Positions 22,701 to 33,875 of a stretch of 64,000 nt of DNA are shown piece after piece (within the stretch, counting starts at the first letter, position 1; each line of letters opens with the position of its first letter). Position numbers and translations under genes: made by a program. The notes under the pieces were generated by a model. It did no database searches and was not told where the DNA came from. It worked only from the letters and a program-made list of their open reading frames with translations. The DNA comes from Pocillopora damicornis (lineage: Eukaryota). The stretch spans positions 310,001-374,000 of the forward strand of contig NW_020847516.1 of the NCBI RefSeq assembly GCF_003704095.1, written 5' to 3'.

Positions 22701-25700
22701 ATCAACGACTAAAGAGAAACGAGACGCAGAGGGAGATGGTCGGGATCTTTTGGTGGCTTATCTGAGCGACGTGGGGGGCTACGACAGAAATTATCGTGAT
22801 GTTGGAGATGAGGACGAAAATAGTTCGTTAGGTAGAAATGCAAGCATAAGCAAACCCCCCCCCCCCCCCCCCAAAAAAAAAAAAAGGCACGAGCGATAAT
22901 GTCTTGATAAGAGGTGGCTGAATTACGAAATGAATTAGAAGGGAGGTAAAGTCCAGTCGCAGAATGGAATGCACGCCACGGCGTTGATAGAGCAACGCAT
23001 TTGATTTTTTTTTTGGCAAAAAGTCATGATCAATTGAAAAACGTTGAGCCATTTCCATTAACAACATGATGTACAATCTTTGACTGTACCTTACCATTCT
23101 TTTTGTTCAGGAAAATAGATAGGAGAAGGGTCATCACTGACTGTGATTCTCATATGGTATTCAAGCATACAATTGTGTTGATTGTATTTTGAGTGTTCTT
23201 TTCTGTCATTTACGATTGTTTTTAGAGTCCAGAGACAAGAAACAAAAGGTTGAATATCGAAGAATGGTTATTGATGAGTCAGGAGATGGAGAATTCGTCG
23301 AGAAATCGAAGAATAAGGAACTGAAAGCTAGAAAGCGTCGAGAGGTCGCGGAGCCATGGGACGAGAGCTTTGACGGACCTAAGAAAATGGCTTCAAGGGC
23401 AGCTCCAGTGGAAACGACATCGAAGCGTAACGTTATTCCAGTATCACTAGGTGATACTGAAGATGACTTGAGCATGCTAAATGATGCATCGGGTGAAGAT
23501 ACCATGCTTGAAGCCAAACGAAGCCAAACTTTTCAGCCATTGACGTCAGACGAAAGCTCAAACGCAGCTGAATCCGGCGAGGGTGCTGATACTGCCATTG
23601 CATCTGGTGACAGGGATGTTTCTGAAGAGCAATCCGGGTTTGAAAACCAGGCAGCTGACGAGCCGAAAGAGTCGGGCGAGTCTGTTCAGTCTGGGAACAC
23701 AGACGAAGGAGAGGAATCTGGAGAAGAGGCAGATGAGGAGGAGAGCCAGGAGACAAGTTAGTTGAAATCATTAGAGATATTTAAATATGGACATCTTAAC
23801 GTCACCTGGGCACGCTCATTCCAATATAAACTTTCAACACAGTTTAGTTTTCAAGTGCCTGCTGATAAAAAATTTGTAATCACGTGTTATTGTCCATACA
23901 CTTGACCTTGGCGTATTTTGGGAATAAAGCAAATGTCAAAGTATTACAGAGCTCCTAAGTTAATCGCTATCGCATGGATCACTGATTTCCATGACTATGG
24001 TGTTAAGTATTACGGATTATAGAATACTATATTTTGTTTTTCTCACAGATTCTGCACGTGTTGTAAGGGTAGTTGAAAATGAGCATGATGATGTCACTTT
24101 GTCCCGTCATCGTAGAGAACTGCCGGAGGTTTTGGATGAAGAAGATAAACCAAAGGCAAGATCCAAGGTGAGAAGTTTTATAGAAACTGGTATTCACACG
24201 ATTGTGGAATGTCAGGAGATTTGATAAGACACGTATCGGTGAATCAGTTCTTGTCATTTTATTTTGATGGGAACCCTCTAAAAACTGAATTCCTTCCTAA
24301 GAAGACAGTTGGTCCCACTTTTTCACAAATTACTCACAAAATGAGAGAACTTCAACGACCTAATGTTGAGTCATTTTTCGACTTGAAAAAACAAATACGG
24401 AAGCTGTTTAAAATTAATTTGGCAAAGAAGCAACATGAATGAATGAGATTAAAACGGATTGCAAAAAAGGTCGAGTTCGGGGATTTTAAGCAAAAGAAAC
24501 AGCTTTCGATCTAAATCCTTTTCTGACCTGTCTACCTCTCTAAAGGGATCTGTTGGTGTGGAGCCCAGTCTTGGGCTGCGCTCAAACTGTACTGGTCGGA
24601 ATAACTCCTTTTTTCCTTGTAATAAGCCTTTTACATCTGTGTTTTAGAGACAAGATTTCATACTGAATGACAAAAATATCAATAAGATGCAGGACCAAGT
24701 AACTCAAGGTACAATGAAAGTTAATCAGTTGTTCATACTTGAATCCAAAGTGACGATGTTAATTATTGCTACAACATTTTTAAAGAATTAAGAAATAATA
24801 AATATCTGCTTTTTCCAGTATTGGGTTCTTTGCCGAGCTGACAGCTTTGGCAGAGCTTGTATTTGTATCTTTATTTTTGATAATAATGGTTACAATGCAG
24901 TCAGTAGTTGTTGCGTTTTCCACCTTACAAGTTGCACTGGTTACTATTAATGTTCATCATTGATTCGTTTGTCTTTCCTTTCCCTTCATATCGATGTCTT
25001 TGACTGATGAATTAAGCCACAAGTCTAACTTTGCTTTCCACGTCTGACTTTGTTTTCCAAACTCATTACGAGTTGACGTTTTCCCTTCGTTTCAGGAGTG
25101 GACAATATAATGGGCCTGATAGTAGATATATATCAGTCGAAGAGGACCCTGGCGAGATTGGGACAAGTTGTCAGCCAGTTGAAACAAAATGTGATGCAAC
25201 AAATGGATGTACCTGTTGGACAGAGAGATCAAGCAAGGAACAAACTCAGAAATACTGTTCGACACACACTAGTGCAGAAAATTAACGGTGAGAACTGACC
25301 AATCCAATTGAAATATTCTGATTGGTCTGTAATCTTTGGTCTTCATGAGACATTTGTTAGTGAAGGCAAAGTGTTTGCTCCAACCGAAGGCTAAAGCTCG
25401 AACTGTCAACTTTTTGAAAATTTTCAAGGCCTTTTATCAACCTCCAGTGTCAGCTTTTTGAAATCTGTCAAGGCCTTTTATCAACCTCCTGTATCAGCTT
25501 TTGGTTGATAATCAACGTAATAAGGGACGTGCCGGTCATTATTTATTTACTCGGGGTGGGGAGGGTGGGAAGAGGGTTGGAGAGTTTGGTTGTGTCACGA
25601 TCATTGAATTTTATCTGATCCCCCCATAACACTCCTCAATATTCTCATGAAACCCCTCCCCCTCACTGGCAGCTAATCGGCAGTAAATTTTGTCTGGTTC

Positions 25701-26249
25701 TTTTTTGCATACTCCGTTTGGCAACGACTGATCCTCCCTTAGCATCCTGCCTCCCTCCCCTACTATCACGTGATCAATTTTAACTGGTTCCTAAATCAGA
25801 CTGTGTTTTCTGCACTCGACATCTTGGTATATTTTAGCCACAGCTATCTCTTAATGATTTGGTTTTAGTATTGTGTCGCCTAAGGGGTCAGCCTAATGAA
25901 TCCTGTATTTCAAATTTACATTACCCATACTATTTGACTATCTTCAGAGCTTGCTCAGTCAATTCGCCAAGAAGTTGAAGATTATAAACAAAGTCACCAG
26001 GCAGTTAGTCAACAAGCTAAGGAGGCCATCTCAGCTCTCTTGGACATTCCCGTTTTCCAAGATAAAGTTACCAGCTTAAAAAGCACAATCAAGAAAAGAG
26101 CTGCAGATATTGAGAAAGAATATAAGAAAGCCAAAAGAGGCAGCGAAGAACTTCCAAGTATTTTAAAAGAACACTTCAAGAGAAATGCTCCAGCTGATAT
26201 AAAAGGGGAAAAGAGGCTTTCACGTTCCCACAGAGATTTGAATCTATAA
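10209..26249 (+). CDS. Secreted multi-module protein (~1257 aa, 29 exons): signal peptide, dibasic-site-rich N-terminus, poly-Q, Pro/Gln/Tyr-rich region with Cys pairs, SEA domain, WSC domain, acidic region and helical C-terminus
   Basis: Exon 1 (10209-10275) encodes the signal peptide MKIVSLVLIFGLFAVGFSRPSE. Further exons: 11732-11857, 11933-11965, 12384-12431, 12526-12564, 13106-13165, 13242-13324, 13503-13553, 13660-13732, 14336-14458, 14887-15311, 15571-15880, 17362-17474, 17825-17883, 17963-18105, 18467-18586, 19089-19355, 19530-19625, 20101-20112, 20308-20334, 20452-20472, 22296-22316, 22494-22574, 22661-22831, 23226-23756, 24049-24167, 24648-24708, 25096-25287, 25948-26249. All are GT-AG and phase-consistent (sum 3774 nt). 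The microexons are the least certain, and two genes cannot be excluded without RNA data. Confidence 0.75.
12713..12741. repeat. Perfect 14-bp inverted repeat with 1-nt spacer
   Basis: agcttacccaaaga-c-tctttgggtaagct, intronic. Confidence 0.9.
17362..18105 (+). CDS. SEA domain (three exons of the 10209-26249 gene)
   Basis: ASLRFKQNWHNDYKRSSSTKYKIFAAEVEKA-IKDVYTQDKNFRQVKVTSF-SEEDMKVAANFLLEF matches the SEA pattern (W..dl...sS..y..l...ve..i..vy....f..v.V.sF). The GS(V)VV autoproteolysis motif is absent. Confidence 0.75.
19089..19355 (+). CDS. WSC carbohydrate-binding domain exon (of the 10209-26249 gene)
   Basis: YQGCYKD...RDL...MTPEWCVGKCKLAGYKYAGLQYGYLCFCGD...CDSLCFGDKTRYCGAFWHNSIFSV shows the canonical 8-Cys WSC pattern in one symmetric phase-1 exon. 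Confidence 0.93.
19742..19781. repeat. (ATT)n microsatellite
   Basis: Direct read: attattatt... (about 13 units). Confidence 0.95.
20776..20816 (-). ncRNA. Minimal type I hammerhead ribozyme (mirror copy)
   Basis: Exact reverse complement of 21668-21708, within the left arm of the palindrome. Confidence 0.85.
21668..21708 (+). ncRNA. Minimal type I hammerhead ribozyme (PLE-associated)
   Basis: CCC-CTGAAGA-GTGAA-GCGA-TTCAC-GAAA-CAGGCTTG-TC-GGG: stem I CCC/GGG, core CUGANGA, 5-bp stem II, GAAA, short near-palindromic stem III, and GUC cleavage triplet at 21703-21705. Confidence 0.85.
21766..22030 (-). mobile_element. Degraded 3' end of a non-LTR (LINE-type) retrotransposon
   Basis: Minus-strand translation HNSYLYMIANMWNQLPVVTKSSTT...RARLNN resembles the 'SF.Y....lWN.LP..ik...s...Fk..L' tail of CR1/L2-type ORF2. 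It ends beside the (TA)n tract. Confidence 0.45.
25521..25794. mobile_element. MITE-like element with imperfect terminal inverted repeats
   Basis: Left end taagggacgtgccggtcattatt followed by a G-rich tract. Right end has a C-rich tract followed by aattttaactggttcctaa. Confidence 0.45.
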
Positions 26250-27944
26250 AAACTACTCAAACACAGTTACAGCGGTGACACTTCAATGCACATAAATCGA
26301 GTGCTTCCTATAATAAATCACGATGAATAATCTGTGATGAGAAATTTGGGAGTGTTAAGCGTGGGAATGAAATCTTAAAAGAGAGATACTTTGTAACATT
26401 AGACGAACATGTAGACAACTACATGAGAATTTTACATGAGAAAGAATCACAAGGTTTAATTCAGATTTTTTGGGGAAGGTCACCTCGTGACTTCATCAAG
26501 ACATCACACCAGTTTCTTATCTTTAACTGTATAGTATGTAATAGCTCTTATTTTATGAAAACGTTTGTTCAAATATTTTTTTCCTTCAGCGTAGTACTAT
26601 TTCTGCACTGTTATCCTCGAAGGATCTGATAATGAAACACATAGAAAATTGATCACCAATGCATGTGGAAATTTCATCGCCTCACCTTAAGGGTTCCAAG
26701 CTAGGGGTGTTTATTTAAAAGTGCGAACACTAGTGTTTACTACTACAAAACAGTTCCGTCGTTTTTCAAATTTACTTTTTATTAATTATGATATTCATCA
26801 TATAATGGAAACTCCACTATATTGCATGGGGTGCCAAGACAACACTGTGCCACCGAGACGGTTTTACGGAGCTTGCAAGAGACGTTTATGCACCCGTGTC
26901 TGACTTTAAACCCCCTCCGCCCCCCGCCCCTTTCCATTGCTAGGTAGACCTCAAGTCCGTCTATCATCATTTTATTTTAGCAATTTACTATCCAGTAGGT
27001 GAAACAGAACTTTAGGCAATTGCTTTCTTTCTACCCGTGGTAACAGCCACCTCGAAGAGTTCACTTTTACCAGGTAAAATGTATTGGGTGATGTTTGTCT
27101 TTAGAATGTCACAACATCTACGTAAGATATTATTTTCATCGGTCTGTTGACTTGTGATGTATTGTATTGTCAGCATAAAAGTCGATAACACAGCCTATTA
27201 TCTTTTCCTTGACAATTTTATTGAAGTAGGATAATCAAAAACGTATCTAGCAAGACACAAATTCCACAAAGTTGTTTTGTTTAGAAATTGTACAGCCTTG
27301 ATTTCTTGCTGAAAATTTTAACTTATACTTTAGCAAAAAACTAAAATTATTTTATCTCATCAAAAGGTTCGTAAAATTTTACAATGCATGCAAATAATTT
27401 ATCTCTCAATTTTTCAAGGAAGCAAAACTCTAAACTTAGCGAGGTCACTAAATTTCTGTAAATAATTTTGGGAGGGCTCTGACCTCGTTATTGTACATGT
27501 TTATTAATTAAAGTTGAATTAGAACTCCTCGAAGACAATTGTTCCTGTTCCTGTACATGACTCATAAGTCCTAAGTTGTTTTAACATACAACGAAACAAA
27601 TACACGTGGATTACTTTCATTCGTAGATTTAATTCGCTTAATGAAATTATTGGAAGTAATTACTGATCAGTTACGTCTACCATGCTGATATTACAACAAA
27701 TGCATATTCACACAAAAAGGCAAGCTAAAGTAACTTAAATTATTTTCGTCGATGGGCTCCGGTAAAATAAATCAGGGTTTGCGTCACTTACATCACATTG
27801 ATTGCAGCTAGCGATGGCACCCAATCTGCTAACTCAACTTAACCTTCTTCATACGGTTTGCAGAAACTTAGCAGAAAGTGTTTCGATTTCCTAATTACCT
27901 CGGTAATTAGGAGATGTGGGTTACTGAACTAAATTTTATGGGAT

Positions 27945-28121
27945 AAAAGAGTAAGTTTCTATTGAAACTGTGGTGCTACGTCGGTGGGAGAGTATAACAG
28001 AGTAATTTACGGTTATCAACTGAGTTGAAAACGTAAATTGGCCACCGTAAAAAAGTTTAAAGGCTGACGTTTCGAGCGTTAATTTACCTTTTCAACTCAG
28101 TTGATAACACTAAATTACCTT
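27945..28121. repeat. Dispersed repeat family copy (ttatcaactgagttgataacgtaaattggccaccgtaa..., hammerhead-associated)
   Basis: Shares gtaagtttc...gaaactgtggtgct.cgtcggtgggagagtataac...ttatcaactgagttga..acgtaaattggccaccgta with copies at ~35855-36046 and ~39518-39770, and on the opposite strand at ~47451-47545 and ~47980-48125. Confidence 0.8.
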
Positions 28122-28747
28122 AAATTTTATAGGCAACACTTGATTCTCCGCTAAATGACATCGGCGTTTAATTCAGTAGAGAAGAACATTGTATACTTTT
28201 AACCATTGTCTACTTATACATTTCCTTTATACTTTTCTTTTGAGCTATTTCCTATTTTGAATCAAACTCGTTTTGTTGTTCGTTTCTCAGAAACACAGCT
28301 AATTTTGTAGAGGGTATTTTAACCCCTTGGTGCCGCATATTTTATGTACTGCGGTATGTACTGCAGTACTGCATTTTTTTTACATTCCATCGCTGCTCGT
28401 CACTTAAGGAAACGTTAATTTCTTTTGCAACTTTCATAACTATATTTCTCTCTGAGCTGGACTTTCTTGGGCATTCCTGTCTGAAACTGTTTGAACTTTA
28501 CAACTTCCTTCAAACTTTTTGCCATTGCCTCCTCCTTCTGCAATTGAAGAATCGCTGTGCTTTTGGTTAATTGGTCCCCTAAATCACATTTTAGGTAACC
28601 ATGGCTCCTCAATTTCAATGGGAAAACTTTACTTGCTTTTATGGTGTCCTGATTGTTATCTGTTGTCAAAGGGACCAAAAATACCCTCAGTGGAGCAGGA
28701 TTATCGGCGTGACTAATGGTTTATATCAATTATGTACTTTGCTGTGC

Positions 28748-28910
28748 TGATAATGATAATGTTGATAACGATAATAAGGTTTATGCTGACAATATTAATG
28801 ATAATTATTATAAAAATAACAATAAAGATAGTTATGATAATAATATCACTAATGATAAAGATAATAATGGTAATGACCATGACAATGGTAATGATAGCGA
28901 TGATGATGAG
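28748..28910. repeat. Degenerate (GAT/AAT)n trinucleotide low-complexity tract
   Basis: gataatgataatgttgataacgataataag... This tract explains the spurious N/D- and I/M-rich ORFs here. Confidence 0.85.
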
Positions 28911-31900
28911 TTGATAAAATTTGCTACTGTAACGACATCGCTATCTCCATATGTGAACATATATTTCATAAGTTCACTGCTAAAGGTACATTTTTTAAAA
29001 AAACAGGAGAACTTTTTATGCTTCATTTTCACCAATTTGATAAGAATTACCGGGTATTTTTAAAATGAATAAAGAACTTGTTGTTTACCTTTGCGAAAGA
29101 AAAGATCTATGGATGGGAATTGTTCGCTTTAATCTGTCAAAAAACAAAAAGATATTTTTAGGAACTAGATAAGGAGAGTTGTGTTGATTAGCTTCACTGG
29201 GTAATTCATGGATTAAAAGGTACATTAAAATTGAACATCGGCTAGGCATTTTAACCCTATATATTTATCTTGTTTTATTTACTTAACGCACCATTAATTT
29301 TTGCACTGCTGCCCAGAGTTCCGGGTTAGGTTTAGCCTGGGATCGGATAAGGGGAAATGCTCCACCAACATCTACTGAGAAAAAGCGCACATCAGTAAGC
29401 AACGATAGAAACATGTAGGAATTTGTTTTCTTTTCGGGATGGAAGCTAGTTGACGGAAAAACCGTTGGAGAAATCTTTCATGTTTAAAACACTCATGACA
29501 ATTGCAAACTTTGTTTTATAACAAAAGAAAAACGAAGGCATGATCTGATACTCATTTCTGGCATCCATGTTTGGATAGTCCGCTGAACCTCGTGGATTGA
29601 ATCGCTGTAAAAAGCTGATGAAACCGTGAACATGAAGTGTACCCTTGCAATAAGAGCTATAAATAAAACTTAACCTTGATGTAACGCCTGATCGAGGATT
29701 CAATTTCGGCTGCATTGTGGAGTCAAGCGTTTTCATCGCAGAAGGAATGTGCCGGATTTCTCTGACAACTCCACGGTTTTCGTGAATAGGGAATTAAGGC
29801 TCATGCTCAGAACAGATTAAGCCAGGCTATTAAGCTAATCTATCATGATAAGATTGCCTAAGACATTTTAAAAAAATTAGCACGCAACGCTGATCTTTGC
29901 GTACATTTTGTTTTATGACTACCAAAAACGTGACGTGAAAGAATGTCGTCAGAGTAAATGGTATTCGACTGCTGAATATTTCGATAAAACAGGAAAATGT
30001 GCTGAAGCCGTTAAAAATTAGGTCACAGGGAAAGCCCTGCTGCAATATGAGATCAAGAAAACAAAATAAATTCACATGATGTATAGGAGCAGTTTGTTAG
30101 AAAAATGATCTAGTCAAACCTACATTCCATTTAAAACCGAAAATTAGTCCTTATTTTGATAGAAAAATCGGCGCTGATGCAGCTTAAGGAGTATTAATGT
30201 CATGTTAAGCCGTTAACAACTGGCTTCGTTCCCGCCACAATCAGCGTTGAGTTTATGTCGGCCCTCATACTATTTTGGTTAAACTAATTTCAGTGATTCT
30301 GTCTCGAAAGGAACGTAAAGTCTAACGATTGCAGTCTGTCTATTCTTGAGAGTCAAAGAGTAAACCGTCTGAGTTATAGTGTTATTTCTGCAATGAACCA
30401 AATCTGACTTTTGCGCTTCGGTTCAACAAATTCGTTTTCGTTGTGACCCGATGGCGCCCATCTTCGAAAAACCAGATTCAAAAGGCGTCATATCCGCTGA
30501 AAGTACATAGACACCATCACAAACCTTGAACTGGAAACGACGTAACCACATGAAATGCCATAAAATACGAAAATGCAGTCCAAAATAGCTTCAAGAAGTC
30601 CATACTGCCCCGAAAGTTAACGTTGCCAGAGTAAAATCCAAAAACCAATATGTGTTTGGCTGGAGCAGGAATTCTTGAGCAAACAACAAGGTGTATTGGT
30701 ACGCAATTGGGTGACCCAGATTACCTGTGACTGGTAACCTGCACTGAGTTTAACAACATATGACATCATCACTGAAGGTTTACCACAATTAAATTCAAAC
30801 TCATCGGCTCGCTTCTTGAGCAACCTTGACCAAATTATTTTCCAAGAAAATCACTCAATTAATCCCATGGAAGAAAAAAGTAAACTTTACGAAAAGATTT
30901 TCAATCCGTGTGCCAAGAATTATGACATGAAACAGGGCTTACGTATTCTGATGAGATTGTTCACTGATTCAAGGGTCTGTTGGTTTTCACGATCTAAGAT
31001 AAAAGCCATCTTTGGCTCAGTGAACACTAAAAAGTTTATCTAAAAATGTAAACACAACTACAGAGCGTGTGAGGTACCGAGAAAATGTATGGTGTATGAA
31101 CGCAAACTAATTTTTGCAAGCAAAAGAGGGATAGAAACTGTAAAGGAAATCTTTTATTTGTAGACAACTTTTCTTGGGGAGGAATTAATAAAATATTTTT
31201 ATTAGCGTTACTTTGGTCACTAAAGAAGTAGTGTTGTTTTTGAAGTTAAATTTCAATTCAAAAAAGCATTGGAGTTTAGTGAACAGTATTCTACCTGCAC
31301 GAAAGAGGTACAAAAAAACCTGATTCCACTACTTTCTAGAAGGTTTTAAAAGACAATTTTTTAAGCCAATGTCTAGAAAACTGAGTCATCATAAAAGTGC
31401 CATGCAACCCCAACCCTACCCCCCTTACACATCAGGCTCAGGCTTCAGCCGCTATTGTCCATGGGTTGACTGGTAGAAATTAGTCCTTCGACTCTCCCAA
31501 AAATTGTTAAAAATATTTGATTTTCAACCAGTTCACAAAATAATCAGCTTTGCTTTTGACCGGAGCTCCTAGCTCCCACAGCAATAATTACTAATGCTTT
31601 TCATGCTGGGTGAGTGTATGTCGGTTCATGATTGCAACTGTGACCATGGTTTAAACATACCACAGATTGATATGAACTTGTATGATAGATCACGTCCATT
31701 GTGGCTTGTTTTGGAATGCATCACCCCCTCCCCCCCTCCCCCTGCTTATCATTTTAGACGCGCTTTACGGCTTACCATTGAAATTCTCAAATTCGTGCCA
31801 GTTCTTAGAATTTGAGAGCGGCGAACAACATTCATTGTTGGGGATTTTTATCCTCAATAACTGATTGACAATTTCACAAAAATCTACTTTTTCTTTTTTC

Positions 31901-33875
31901 TTTTTATATCGTCATAAAGAGTCGATTTCAAATTGCCGATTACATTCCAGGTTGCTGTATTTAGAGAAGAAATGTCGATATGAAATTGTTTGCCTTTCAG
32001 GAATGGGATCATTCTTCTAATCAAGGCAATTCTGATTGTTAGCAGGGTAATCTTGACAAAAAAAAATGCGTCTTATCATACGTGGTGGCACGTAAGAACC
32101 ACATGAAAATTGATTTCGTTGAAATCTAGATTTAAATTTAAAAAAAAACCGACGCACAGAACAACTTGTTACTAGCAGTTAAGCAACATGGAAAAGGGAT
32201 GATTTTCAGAAATATTTTTTGTTTCCTCACCATTCTTACTCGTCTACGATCTTATACATTAATTGTGTGTTTCAACATCGGGAAACATGTTTCGAATTTC
32301 TTTGTCTATCTTCTTTATCTTCTAGTAGATAAGAGCAATTTAATAGTGAGAAATCACATCATGCCTACATTTTTTGCTGAAAAGTAAATTCAATAATATT
32401 AGCGGTCCTTGCTGCTATTTGATTGCAAAATTTGCTTTGCTTTGATTCGACTCCAGAAGTTAACGATGGTGTCTTCCCCCGCTCTGCGCACTGCTCTTTT
32501 CTTTGCAGAGCTCACAGAAAGGAACCTACTTTTGTAGGGATGTGTTAAACACTTGTTTGTTTGGCAGGCATCTGTGCACTTCGTGATCTGCAAGTTTCTT
32601 TTCCGCTGCTCAGGGTAGTAGAGACATCAGGGCTACTGGTAATCCTTTTTGTCACGCTGAGTGCTATCAGCAAAATCTTTTCATATCTCAGGGAACGTGT
32701 CAGAGAATCAATTCACTGTTTCATTGACATTAATTTTTGTTTCAAAGGGAGCTGTAGAGTGATTGATCTGAAATTTACAGGATGACATAATCAAGGCTCT
32801 TTTTCCCTTTTTTCATGAATTTCAGGAATCGGCTATTCAATATACAAATGGATAAGACAAATATTTTCAGCCCCAAAATGGAGAAAGAAGAATGTAGGTC
32901 ATATTAAATCATTGCTTTTTCTAAGAAAGCTTCTTCGTAATGACTTTTAATCAACTCCTTTTAAGGGTGCGTCTGTTACTGGATGAAACAGGTCACATGA
33001 CGTAACGGATATTTTGACAGGTGCATTCACGATGCACTTGGCTTGCCGCTTAGTTTCTAAAACATAAACTTTCCACATTGGGCTCGATGTTGTCAATGTT
33101 GGCTAAAACTTTTGAGGTGACAAACATTCGTTGTACACATTTTTTATTCAATAATTTTCTAATTATCATCTTTAGCAGCGTTTACCTTCTTTCTAACCTT
33201 TATTTTTAAGCACTCTTTACAACAGATTAAAATTTTTCCAACTGTTATCGTGGGAGTAAATCTTCAAAAAAAAAAAGGAGACCAAAGCAATTACTAATCT
33301 GCCAGCCCTAAGTTCACTAAATTTGCTAAACTTGAATCGATGAAGCCGTTTTGAAGGAGAATTCAAGATACATTCAAATTGATATTATTATTTCCACGGC
33401 TCTTTGATTTAATTGAAAAACATCATAAGATACATGGTGATCCATTGTTCAGAATCAGTCAAATACCTAAGCACAGTTGACGAAGTTAATAAAACATTAA
33501 CAAGTTAGACATCACTTCCGTTTGTCAAGAGCTTAGGGCCGATCAGTTACAATACCACCGCGACTTTGCCGGGACATTTATTCACAGGGAAATACATTTT
33601 TTTTTGCTTGAGTTAAAGGTTCGTCGCTGTCTTCCCTTCAGGGTGTAACATTAAGTGATTACAAGGCTGTAGATATAGAAAATGTCGACGGTAAATTGCC
33701 ATGAAGCGATTCCAATAAGATTTTCAGACAATGAACTGTTAATATTCTATCTAACCAAAGCCGACTTTGTCAGGTGTGGATTTGTATAAATCTATCTTTT
33801 TATAGGCGATGTTATTTGTTTAAGAATGTGTGTTATAATCCGGCATTTTGTAGATCTCGGACGTGTGGTTTGGTC

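Noticed and set aside
28716-29063. Asn/Asp-rich ORF as a candidate acidic skeletal protein
   Set aside because: It derives from a degenerate GAT/AAT microsatellite, with no signal peptide or convincing splice context.
26300-33800. Short ORFs in the 7.5-kb intergenic interval
   Set aside because: No recognisable domains or consistent exon chain. It may hold non-coding 5' exons of the LOX-like gene (an acceptor-like tttgtag precedes its ATG at ~33853), but I cannot support this.
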